From contig JANTHO010000004.1 of the NCBI GenBank assembly GCA_024762335.1, positions 5,614-69,613 of the forward strand: a stretch of 64,000 bases of DNA, written 5' to 3'. Numbering within the stretch: the stretch's first letter is position 1; every line of letters begins with the position of its first letter. Source of the DNA: Acidimicrobiia bacterium (GTDB taxonomy: Bacteria > Actinomycetota > Acidimicrobiia > Spongiisociales > UBA5794). This document shows positions 1 through 8,514 of this stretch, in pieces. Below the pieces are notes generated by a model. It saw nothing but the letters and a program-made list of their open reading frames with translations, was not told where the DNA came from and made no database searches. The position numbers and the translations under genes were made by a program.

Positions 1-38
1 GTAGGGCCGCGCGCGGCTGATACGTCGGGTTCCCCCCA

Positions 39-89
39 CGACACGAACCCAGGGTTCTCTGCGCCCTATATGACGTTCTGAGCCCGCGG
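39..89 (+). repeat. 51-bp dispersed repeat, copy 1 (singlet)
   Basis: CGACACGAACCCAGGGTTCTCTGCGCCCTATATGACGTTCTGAGCCCGCGG; matches nine other copies in the window. Confidence 0.95.
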
Positions 90-114
90 AATGCCGGGGC
101 GGTACTGTGGTGGC

Positions 115-627
115 GTGAATGCGACGATTCGTGCAGCCGACACGGGGGACCTCGGGCGCATCAACGAGATCTACAACGGGTACATCATCGGTTCGCACAT
201 CTCGTTCGATCTCGAGCCCTGGAGCCTCGGTCGGAGGGAAAGGTGGTGGCGGCGCTACACCGATAGCGGGCCATATCGAGTGCTTGTCGCTGAGGTCGGC
301 GGGCGGGTCGTCGGTGCGGCATACAGCAGTCCGTACCGGACGAAAGCGGCGTATCAGACCTCCGTCGAGACCACCATCGTCATCGATCCGATGTTCGTCC
401 GGCGCGGAATCGGCTTTCGTCTGCTTGCGACACTGCTCGAGAACCTTCGGGAAGCGGGCGTCCATCGCGCCTACGCAGTCGTGGCACTCCCGAACGAGGC
501 CTCGATCCGTCTCCACGAAGCACTGGGGTACCGGCGCGTCGGCACACTCGACGAAGTGGGCTTCAAGATGGGCAGATTCTGGTCGACACTGATCTTGGAG
601 AAGCGGATCGACGATCCCGGTGAGTGA
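115..627 (+). CDS. GNAT N-acetyltransferase (phosphinothricin acetyltransferase/YncA-MddA-like)
   Basis: Motifs YNGYI..SHISFD, AYSSPYRTKAAY..SVET, RRGIG, NEASIRLHEALGY, VGFKMGRFW. GTG start at 115 is 6 nt after TACTGT (ORF track start at 91). Confidence 0.88.
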   Translation: MNATIRAADTGDLGRINEIYNGYIIGSHISFDLEPWSLGRRERWWRRYTDSGPYRVLVAEVGGRVVGAAYSSPYRTKAAYQTSVETTIVIDPMFVRRGIGFRLLATLLENLREAGVHRAYAVVALPNEASIRLHEALGYRRVGTLDEVGFKMGRFWSTLILEKRIDDPGE

Positions 628-662
628 ACGAGAAGCTCGCAGACTCCGGTAGGTTGCATCCT

Positions 663-757
663 GGAGGTGTCCGGACGCCTGGTGGGTCCCCCGGTCTTCA
701 AAACCGGTGAGGGTGCGAGAGTGCCCTGGCGGGTTCGATTCCCGTCCACCTCCGCCA
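663..757 (+). tRNA. selC: tRNA-Sec (anticodon UCA)
   Basis: Acceptor GGAGGTGT/CCACCTCC-G-CCA; extended D stem GGAC..GTCC; anticodon arm CCGGT-CTTCAAA-ACCGG; long variable arm AGGGTGC-GAGA-GTGCCCT; T arm GCGGG-TTCGATT-CCCGT; 95 nt. Confidence 0.95.
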
Positions 758-820
758 CCCACGGCAGTGCCGCGCCCGTACCGGAGCGAACGATGCCGAC
801 GAAGATCGAAACGAGACGGT

Positions 821-1423
821 GTGACCAACAGATCCGAATCCAGATCAGGCGGACCACCTCCACCATGGCCCGACGGGAATCCGGACGTCATCCCAACCGG
901 AACGCCGCGAGGGTGGAAACGTGCACGCCTGGCGATCGACGGAGACGTGCACGTCGCTGCACTGTATTCGGACGAGCAGGAAGACCTCTGGTCGGTGACC
1001 GGTGTCGCGTTCTGTCATATGGGAGGGAACCCGTTCGAACCGGGGCATCTGCAGCATTGCAGTTGCGGACTCCGGGTATGGGATTCGCGATCGAAACTGG
1101 ATCGCGATCTGTCGTGCGGCGTTGCCGCGTCGATCTATCCCGTCGCCGTCCTGTGCGCTGTTGAATGGCATCCACCGAGTGTCCAGGAGCCGAGATGCCG
1201 CCGCGTGGCTGCCGCAACGCTCCTGGGTGTCTCGGTCCGCAACTACTGCCTCCGCTGTGCACGGAGGGGCGTTCGAGGCTTCATCAAAGGGAGGGCGATC
1301 GGGCGAACGACACACGAACTGTGGGGAGTGTGCGAGCACTGTGCTGACGACACGTGGATCACGATCAATGAAGCGTCGGCGAGCCTGGGGGTGCCGATCG
1401 TCGTCGACCCCTGGCTGCCCTGA
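821..1423 (+). CDS. Cys/His-rich hypothetical protein (putative metal-binding)
   Basis: Frame of ORF 707..1423. The true start must lie after the tRNA; GTG at 821 is a guess. Motifs HLQHCSCG, CLRC, CEHC, terminal SLGVPIVVD. Confidence 0.45.
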   Translation: MTNRSESRSGGPPPPWPDGNPDVIPTGTPRGWKRARLAIDGDVHVAALYSDEQEDLWSVTGVAFCHMGGNPFEPGHLQHCSCGLRVWDSRSKLDRDLSCGVAASIYPVAVLCAVEWHPPSVQEPRCRRVAAATLLGVSVRNYCLRCARRGVRGFIKGRAIGRTTHELWGVCEHCADDTWITINEASASLGVPIVVDPWLP

Positions 1424-1464
1424 CCTGCCCTGGAGCACCGCCCCCGACGACTACGATCTCGTCC

Positions 1465-2250
1465 ATGGATGGCCAACCCCTCATTCCTTCGCTGGACGAT
1501 GCCGACCTCACCCGCCGCATCCCGAAGCGTGAAGCACTCGAACGTCTCAAGACGGCCCAGACACGGATGGTTCAACTCCGCCTCCAACTCGGCGGCAAGC
1601 TCGGTACCGGTGAGCTCGGACCGCCCGTCTGCTTCGTCTTCGAGGGGTGGGATGCATCCGGGAAGGGTGGGGCCATCAAGCGACTCGTCACGCCGATGGA
1701 TCCGCGCCACGTCCGGGTCATCACCATCGCCGCACCGACGGACGACGAGCTTCGCCATCACTGGCTCCAGCGGTTCTGGCCCCATCTCCCCGGCTGGGGC
1801 GGCGTGGCGGTCCTCGACCGTTCCTGGTACGGCCGGGTGCTCGTCGAGCGGGTCGAAGGCTTCGCAGAGGTCGAGCAGTGGCGCCGCGCCTACACGGAGA
1901 TCATCGACTTCGAACGAACACTCGTCGCCGAAGGCATGGTGTTCGCCAAATTCTGGATGCATGTCTCATCCGGGGAGCAGCTCCGCAGGTTCGAGGAGCG
2001 GAGAACGAATCCGCTGAAGCAGTGGAAGCTGACCGACGAGGACTGGCGGAACCGCGACAAACGTGTTCAGTATGAGATCGCCGTTGAGGAGATGCTGGCC
2101 CGTACGTCATGGGACCGTGCCCCGTGGTTCGTGGTTCCAGGCGAGTCGAAACGGCTCGCGCGCGTCGAGGTGCTCGAGACCGCGATCGCGGTCATCGAAG
2201 CGGGCATGCGGCTCCACGGGATGGAACCCGTGCCGCCGCTGCCGGCGTAG
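1465..2250 (+). CDS. ppk2: Polyphosphate kinase 2 family protein
   Basis: Walker A FEGWDASGKGGAIKR, Walker B DRSWYGRVLVERVEG, lid KQWKLTDEDWRNR. Confidence 0.93.
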   Translation: MDGQPLIPSLDDADLTRRIPKREALERLKTAQTRMVQLRLQLGGKLGTGELGPPVCFVFEGWDASGKGGAIKRLVTPMDPRHVRVITIAAPTDDELRHHWLQRFWPHLPGWGGVAVLDRSWYGRVLVERVEGFAEVEQWRRAYTEIIDFERTLVAEGMVFAKFWMHVSSGEQLRRFEERRTNPLKQWKLTDEDWRNRDKRVQYEIAVEEMLARTSWDRAPWFVVPGESKRLARVEVLETAIAVIEAGMRLHGMEPVPPLPA

Positions 2251-2269
2251 CAGCCGAAGGCCTCCCGGC

Positions 2270-4054
2270 CTACTTCTCGTACAGCTTCTCGATGTCGTCG
2301 CCGTACTTTGCCATCACCGCACGACGCTTGACCTTCAGGCTCGGTGTGAGAAGACCGTTCTCGGGAGCGAACTCCTCCGGTTCGAGGACGAAACCGCGCA
2401 CCTTCTCGTAGCCCTTGATGTCCGACGAGCGCCGATCGATCTCACGCCGGAACAGGTCGGTGAGTTCCTCGCTCTGAAGGAGTGCATCCTGCGAGAGATC
2501 GGTGAGCCCATGTTGCTCCGCCCACTTGGTCACCGCTTCCATGTCCGGGACGATGACTGCGACGTTGTACGGGCGCTGCTCCCCGTAGACCATGACGTTC
2601 GAGACGTAGCCGGACAGCTGGATCTGCTCCTCGATGGGGCCGGGTACGACGTATTTGCCGTTCTCCAGCTTGTACTGCTCCTTGATGCGACCCCTGATGA
2701 AGATGAACCCATCCTCGTCTTTGTATCCGAGATCGCCGGAGCGGAAGCCGTGGTCGGCCGTGAAGACCTTCTCGTTCTCCTCCGGCAGGTTGTAGTAGCC
2801 GAGCATGACGTTCGGACCGTGGATGACGATCTCACCGATCACAGAATCGCCGGTGACATCGGTGTCGATGTCGATGTGGACCCCGGGTATCTCCCTGCCG
2901 ACCGATCCGATCCGACGACTCCCCGGCCAGTTCCCACTCGCGACCGGGGACGTCTCGGTCAGGCCGTAGCCCTCGTAGACGGTCATCCCGAGCGCTGAGA
3001 TGAACTCGGCGACCTCGACGTTGATCGCCGCACCGCCTGAGATCGAGTACTTGAGCCGCCCACCGAATCCCTCTCGCACCTTCGAGAAAACGAGCTTGTC
3101 GTAGAGGTTGTGCTGGAGCTCGACCCACTTCGTGGTCTTGCCTTCCGCAGCGAGCGCCGCCCGCTTCTTCTCATTTGCCATCGCCCGATCGAAGATCGCC
3201 TTGGTGACACCGCCCTTTGCGGCCATCATCTTCTGGAGGCCGTCGTACACGCGGTTGTACACGGTTGGCACCGACACCAGGATCGTCGGCTTGACCTCCG
3301 GCAGGTCCTCCATGAGGGTCCTCGCGCTCGTCAGCCCCGCCGATGCTCCCGCAGCGATCAAGAAATGCAGTTCGACCGTCTGCCCGAACGAGTGTGCCCA
3401 CGGGAGGAACGACGCGAAGCGGTCATCGGCTGTGATCGGGAACAGATCGGGGAACACGTTGACGTTGCTCGTGATGTTGCCGTGCGACAGCATCACTCCC
3501 TTCGGGTTGCCGGTCGTCCCGGATGTGTAAATGAGCCCGGCGAGGTCGTTGGATTCGGGACTCGTGGTCCCGACCGGGGCTTCAGCACCGCGAGCCAGGA
3601 GTTCCGCCCAGGTGATGGCGCCGCCCCCCGCTTCGCCGTTGATCACGACGATCTGTTCCAGAGATGGAAGATTGTCGAGGTGGTCTTCGAGCTGGGCGCG
3701 AATTCCGTCATCTGCGACGATCGCTACCTTCGCCGCGGCGTTGCCGATGATGAACTCCCATTCCTTTGAGAGCTGCGCCTCGTACATCGGTACCCAGGCG
3801 GCACCGAGACCGTACGTGGCGTACGCACCTACGGCCCATTCGACGCGGTTATCGGAGATGGCGGCGACGCGATCCCCCTGCTCGACACCGAGCCCGGCGA
3901 GACCGGCACGGGCGAAATCGACCTGTTCACCGAAGTCCCGATAGGACATCCACGTCCAACCGCTCTCATCTTTCGTCCCGAACAACGGGTTGTCGGCGAA
4001 TCGACCGATGCTCGATTCATACAGGTCGACGAGATTGCGAAACTCCGTGCCCAC
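2270..4054 (-). CDS. fadD: Long-chain fatty-acid-CoA ligase (AMP-dependent synthetase)
   Basis: YTSGTTGNPKG, YEGYGLTETSP, FRSGDLG, GRIKE, TPSLKVKR. GTG at 4054 follows a GGAGG RBS. Confidence 0.92.
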   Translation of the reverse strand: MGTEFRNLVDLYESSIGRFADNPLFGTKDESGWTWMSYRDFGEQVDFARAGLAGLGVEQGDRVAAISDNRVEWAVGAYATYGLGAAWVPMYEAQLSKEWEFIIGNAAAKVAIVADDGIRAQLEDHLDNLPSLEQIVVINGEAGGGAITWAELLARGAEAPVGTTSPESNDLAGLIYTSGTTGNPKGVMLSHGNITSNVNVFPDLFPITADDRFASFLPWAHSFGQTVELHFLIAAGASAGLTSARTLMEDLPEVKPTILVSVPTVYNRVYDGLQKMMAAKGGVTKAIFDRAMANEKKRAALAAEGKTTKWVELQHNLYDKLVFSKVREGFGGRLKYSISGGAAINVEVAEFISALGMTVYEGYGLTETSPVASGNWPGSRRIGSVGREIPGVHIDIDTDVTGDSVIGEIVIHGPNVMLGYYNLPEENEKVFTADHGFRSGDLGYKDEDGFIFIRGRIKEQYKLENGKYVVPGPIEEQIQLSGYVSNVMVYGEQRPYNVAVIVPDMEAVTKWAEQHGLTDLSQDALLQSEELTDLFRREIDRRSSDIKGYEKVRGFVLEPEEFAPENGLLTPSLKVKRRAVMAKYGDDIEKLYEK

Positions 4055-4144
4055 GCTTCCTCCTGGATCGCTCAAGAGTCAACGATAGCGACTGCGTCCA
4101 CAGGATGAGCAGAGGGAGCCACGGCGACGAGATATCCTGACACC

Positions 4145-4642
4145 ATGATCGCAGACAAGACGTTTGGACAGGCGATACGCGAAGCCCGTCTTGCGAAAGG
4201 CATGTCGATGGGCCAGCTCGCTGCCAAGGTCGAGCGTTCGACGGCTTCGGTACGTCGATGGGAACGGGACGAGGGTCGCCCGGCCGAAACCGTCGTCCAG
4301 CGTCTCGTGGAAGTGCTCGACCTCGGCGATGATGAATATGCTCCCGTTCATCCGAACGTGCCGTCCGCCGCGGTCGAGCCGGAGCCGAGCGTCTCGGGCG
4401 CAACCCGCGCCACAGCACAGGCACCTGCAGACACGACTGGCATTCCATCAGTGTCGCCTGCGAAACCTGCCAACTGGTTCGACCGGTTGCGCGATCCCAA
4501 TCAACCGTGGCTCGGATACATCCGGGCGGGGCTCACCATCGTCGTGCTCCTGGCGCTCGGCTGGGTGCTGATCTGGGCGCTCGCGGGGTTGACCGGCGCG
4601 CTGGGGGACATCTGGGAGTCGCTCTGGTCCGGAGCGGGCTGA
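4145..4642 (+). CDS. XRE-family HTH protein with Pro/Ala linker and C-terminal transmembrane helix
   Basis: IREARLAKGMSMGQLAAKVERSTASVRRWERD (HTH_3-like) and a hydrophobic C-terminus; TATCCT lies 6 nt upstream of ATG. Confidence 0.8.
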   Translation: MIADKTFGQAIREARLAKGMSMGQLAAKVERSTASVRRWERDEGRPAETVVQRLVEVLDLGDDEYAPVHPNVPSAAVEPEPSVSGATRATAQAPADTTGIPSVSPAKPANWFDRLRDPNQPWLGYIRAGLTIVVLLALGWVLIWALAGLTGALGDIWESLWSGAG

Positions 4643-4646
4643 GGGT

Positions 4647-5363
4647 TCAGGTGAGGGCCCGGACGATGAGCCCGACGGCGCCGAGCAGGGACAAACCGAG
4701 CACACCGTTGCGGACGAACTTGTGCGAGATTCGATTCTTGATCCTCAGACTGGTCAAGTATCCGGCGAACAAAGCCGGGAAGAGGATCGTCGCGACACGA
4801 AGATCCGAGAGTGAGATGTACCCCGCAGCGATGCGCGTGCCGAGGGTGATCGTGAGGCCGATGGAGAAGACGGCGGCGAGGTTCGAGCGGACCGTGGGGC
4901 CATCGTCTCCCGAATACAGCAACGCCAGCGGCGGACCGCCGATCGAAGCGATCAGGGACGATGCCCCGGAAAGGACGCCGGCACCGAATTCCGATGCCGG
5001 ATTGCGCGTCACGTGAAAACCGAATGCGACGATCGCCACCGCGACGATGACCGCGCCGGCGATCGCGAGATCGAGCGTCCGCTGGGTCGCCACGGCGAGA
5101 AGTCCGAGACCCAGAATTGCCCCCGGGACCCGCCCACCGACAATCCATGCGATGTTGGACGGCGCGATATGCCGACGTTCTCTCCACGCCATCGTGAGCG
5201 TGAGGGGGATGGTGATGAGCAGTTGAGGGACGGGGGCCAGCGCCGGGTCGATGAGAGCCAGGATCGGAACCGACACCATGGCGAAACCCATCCCGACGAC
5301 CCCTTGGATCATGGCGGCGATGAACGTCACGAGAAGTGCAGCGATGAGAGCCGGGATGGACAT
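4647..5363 (-). CDS. TSUP (TauE/SafE) family membrane exporter
   Basis: IQGVVGMGFAMV and SIGGPPLAL motifs; about 8 TM helices; ATG at 5363 is 7 nt after TATCGT. Confidence 0.88.
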   Translation of the reverse strand: MSIPALIAALLVTFIAAMIQGVVGMGFAMVSVPILALIDPALAPVPQLLITIPLTLTMAWRERRHIAPSNIAWIVGGRVPGAILGLGLLAVATQRTLDLAIAGAVIVAVAIVAFGFHVTRNPASEFGAGVLSGASSLIASIGGPPLALLYSGDDGPTVRSNLAAVFSIGLTITLGTRIAAGYISLSDLRVATILFPALFAGYLTSLRIKNRISHKFVRNGVLGLSLLGAVGLIVRALT

Positions 5364-5525
5364 CCTGTGAACGATAGGGCCGTGCCCTCCCGAAGCATCT
5401 GCTACCGCCGCCCCGCGATCTCGACCAGCCAATGTCGAATCTGGTCGGAGCCAGATCGATTCCGATGGTGAAGAGATTGATGTCTATCGCGCGATCCGAC
5501 AACGCGCACGGCGGCGGGTCGAGAC

Positions 5526-6452
5526 TTAGCCGCGATCGCAGACGTCGGGGGCGAAGATACCAATCACGATCGAATCCGGATTCGTGCCGCCGACCGGCCC
5601 CCAAAGGAGGAGGTTCCCCGAATCGGCCCCGCGCAATTCGAAGATGTCCCCCAACGTGGGATGAACGGAGAACGTGACATCTTCGTTCTCATAGACCTGT
5701 TGCAGGCGCTCGACCGTCTCACCGGCCTTGAAGCCGCTCAATGTTGTGAGGTCCATCGCGGGGGAATCGAGACCGCCGAGGCTGATGTCCTGACGGTACC
5801 CGTTGAAGACCTGGCTCGTTCCGTCGCTTGTCAGAATGACCGCGAACGGGCCGAAGCGGACGATCCGCTCGAGATCGCCGGTGCAGACTCCCCATTGGCC
5901 GGTCGACACCTGCCACGGGATGTCCTCATCCGCCTCGCCGAAGCTCGATACCAACCGGCCGACCGAGATGTCGGCAGGATCGCCAAACTTCAGATCGGGT
6001 ACGTCGTTGATCTGGATACCGATCCGATCGCCCTTGAGCTTCATCTTGTCGACGGGTATGGGGTTCCCGACGGGTGGATAGGGCTTCGAAGGGGGCGTGA
6101 CCACCTCGCTCGTCGTCGATGTGGTTGAAGAATCCCCGGGGACGGTCGTTTCGGTGTCGTCACCGGCGATCGTGGTTGTGGTCGCCTCGGCTTCCGTGGT
6201 CGTGTCGTCGCTCTTGAGAAGTTGGAAGACGGCGACGGAGAGCGCGACGAGGAGGAGGCCGACGACGAGGCCGGTGAGGAGGGGGGATCCGGGTGGGGTT
6301 GCCGGTGGAGTCCGCGGGTCTTCGAGGGGCGGAATCGGATCATCGCCCGACATGTCCGTCAAGTCCGAATACGGGTCGGTCCATCCGGGCGGGTTGCCGT
6401 ACGGGTCTCTCGGGTCGCTCACGTCGTATCGGTCCTCCAGGCGGTTCCCCAT
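5526..6452 (-). CDS. Membrane-anchored protein with Thr-rich linker and uncharacterised external domain (paralog of 8515..9534)
   Basis: Single TM, poly-Thr linker, C-terminal domain ending LLWGPV...GIFAPDVC. Confidence 0.8.
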   Translation of the reverse strand: MGNRLEDRYDVSDPRDPYGNPPGWTDPYSDLTDMSGDDPIPPLEDPRTPPATPPGSPLLTGLVVGLLLVALSVAVFQLLKSDDTTTEAEATTTTIAGDDTETTVPGDSSTTSTTSEVVTPPSKPYPPVGNPIPVDKMKLKGDRIGIQINDVPDLKFGDPADISVGRLVSSFGEADEDIPWQVSTGQWGVCTGDLERIVRFGPFAVILTSDGTSQVFNGYRQDISLGGLDSPAMDLTTLSGFKAGETVERLQQVYENEDVTFSVHPTLGDIFELRGADSGNLLLWGPVGGTNPDSIVIGIFAPDVCDRG

Positions 6453-6482
6453 ATCATACGGGCAACAGAGGCTTGCGTCGTG

Positions 6483-8453
6483 TCAGGAGCGCCCGGTCTT
6501 CGCCGAGATCGACGAACCGGCCTCAGCGTTGCCGTCCTCGAGTAGCGACGGGTAGAACTCCGCCAGCACTTCATCGAAGGGGGTGACCGCTCTCAGGATC
6601 GACTGGCCCGCCTTCGTTCGTCCCAGACGCACCGGCACCACGAGCCGATTGATCGTTGCAACGTCTATGTCGCGAAGACTCCATGCGAGCGAGATCGCGT
6701 CGCTGATGCCGAGACCCTCGTCGACGGTGAACGCGTTCGACAGGTCTTCGATCTTCGCTGCGAGATCCGATGGCGAGTCGAAGTTTCGGAGCTTCTTGGC
6801 CAGTTGGATGAGGACATCCTGCTGATGCTGGTTTCGCATGAGGTCGCCCGCTCCCGGCACGGATCGCCACTTGCCGTCGACCAGTTGCTGCGTGTGACGA
6901 GAACGGACCCAGGCCAGCGCGGTTGCTCCATCTGCGTTGATGCAGCCTCCGGGGATATCGAGGAACGACTTCTTGTCCCGCATCGGATACTCGGTGCAGA
7001 TTTCGACCCCGCCCACACCGTCGATCACCTGGGAGAAGCCGTCGAATGTGAAGATGGCGAAGTTGTCCACCTTGATTCCCGTGAAATCTTCGACCGTGAG
7101 AGCGAGCATCGTGGCGGCGTTGGTGTCGCCGCAATCGCGGAACGTGGCGTTGATTCGGGAGAAGCCGTTCGTGCAGCGGTTCGGAACGTAGAGGTCACGT
7201 GGTAGCGAGACCATGAAGGGTGCAAGACTCTCGTCGGCTGGGAGGACGGTGAGGAGTACCACGTCGGCGAGGTCGGCCGCCTCATCTCCGCCAATGAGGA
7301 GGAAGGAACGATACGCACCTTCGATCGTGGGTGCTGCGACTACGACTTCTTCGAGCGGTGGCGCTTCCGGATCGTCTTCGACGATGTCGGCGACAGGTGG
7401 GATCGAGGTCGACGGTAGGACGGCCGCTGCTTGGGACGTATCGAACGCCTGACGGTCGACCCCCGACCACGACCCGTAGAGATTGAGCCCGGTGAATCCT
7501 GCATAGACGAGTGCGATCGCGACGAACGCTCCGGTGGCACGCTTCGCCATCCGCACGACGGGAAGCCGCCAGAACGATGGGGGCTTGGTTCGATTCTCGA
7601 CGTATCCGATCACGGGGGCTCCCGCGGCGACCAGCCGGTCTCGGGTGTCGATGACCATCGCATCCGTGGCACTGTCGGTGACGACCAGGATCGTCCCGTC
7701 CGCGTGGGCCGCAAGCGGCGCCGTCGCCCCATCCCACGCGATCGGCGGAACGTCGATGAGTACGGTGTCGGCACGCTCTGCGATGCGGTCGATCGATGCC
7801 GCCAGGTCCGGGCCGTCGAGCAAAGTTTCCGGGGCTACCGCTGCAGAACCGGACGGGACGATCGGGAGTGCCGACTCGGGACCGATCTCCCACATGCGAG
7901 CGGCGTCTGCGAGGGATGTCGAACCGTCCGCAAGGTCGGTGAGTCCGGGTTCGGAACCGGTCGAGAGGAACCGGGACACGCCGTGGCCGGACACGTCCCC
8001 GTCGATCAGGGCGACTCTTCGCCCACGCTGTGTGGCGGCAATCGCGAGATTGAGGGCTACGGTCGATGCACCTTCGCCCGGGCCCGGCGACGAGACGAGG
8101 AGCACCTGCCCGCTCGTATGGCCCTCGAGTTCTTCGAGCGTCGTCGCGTACGCGTTGCTCGTGTCCGAATCTGGTTCGGCGATCGTCGGCGCCGGACTTC
8201 CCGCATCGTCCGGGATCGATCCGAGCCGCGGCACACCGAGCAGCCGGGCGAAGTTGGGCGGACCGCCGACCGACCACCAGATCAGCCAGACGATTCCCGT
8301 GACCGACGCCGAAACGATCGCTGATGCGAGTACGCCCCTGTTGGTGTCCCACGCGATGAGCCCGAGGATGAACACGATGACGCCGGCGAGGACGGAAAGA
8401 ACGTTGGGGAGCGAGAAGACCCGACGCCACCATGATGTGTTCGTGGAACTCAA
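6483..8453 (-). CDS. Fusion of CpsD/CapB (BY-kinase-like P-loop) domain and LCP (LytR-CpsA-Psr) domain
   Basis: N-half: LGSIP, VLLVSSPGPGEGAST, RVALIDGD, VLIDVPP. C-half after a TM: SLPRDLYV, RINA, FTFDGFSQVIDGVGGV, ALAWVRSRH, GDLMRNQHQQ. Confidence 0.88.
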   Translation of the reverse strand: MSSTNTSWWRRVFSLPNVLSVLAGVIVFILGLIAWDTNRGVLASAIVSASVTGIVWLIWWSVGGPPNFARLLGVPRLGSIPDDAGSPAPTIAEPDSDTSNAYATTLEELEGHTSGQVLLVSSPGPGEGASTVALNLAIAATQRGRRVALIDGDVSGHGVSRFLSTGSEPGLTDLADGSTSLADAARMWEIGPESALPIVPSGSAAVAPETLLDGPDLAASIDRIAERADTVLIDVPPIAWDGATAPLAAHADGTILVVTDSATDAMVIDTRDRLVAAGAPVIGYVENRTKPPSFWRLPVVRMAKRATGAFVAIALVYAGFTGLNLYGSWSGVDRQAFDTSQAAAVLPSTSIPPVADIVEDDPEAPPLEEVVVAAPTIEGAYRSFLLIGGDEAADLADVVLLTVLPADESLAPFMVSLPRDLYVPNRCTNGFSRINATFRDCGDTNAATMLALTVEDFTGIKVDNFAIFTFDGFSQVIDGVGGVEICTEYPMRDKKSFLDIPGGCINADGATALAWVRSRHTQQLVDGKWRSVPGAGDLMRNQHQQDVLIQLAKKLRNFDSPSDLAAKIEDLSNAFTVDEGLGISDAISLAWSLRDIDVATINRLVVPVRLGRTKAGQSILRAVTPFDEVLAEFYPSLLEDGNAEAGSSISAKTGRS

Positions 8454-8514
8454 CGGTCCCCCCGGGATCGAATACGGATCCGTTCGAGTCTACTTCTGCA
8501 AGCAGGTACCGGAC

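Noticed and set aside
663-1464. Integrated island at selC
   Set aside because: No integrase and no second copy of the tRNA 3' end in the window; housekeeping ppk2 follows within 700 bp.
5372-5529. Protein-like open frame (..DSDGEEIDVYRAIRQR..) between the TSUP gene and the paralog gene
   Set aside because: No start codon between the upstream in-frame stop and the segment.
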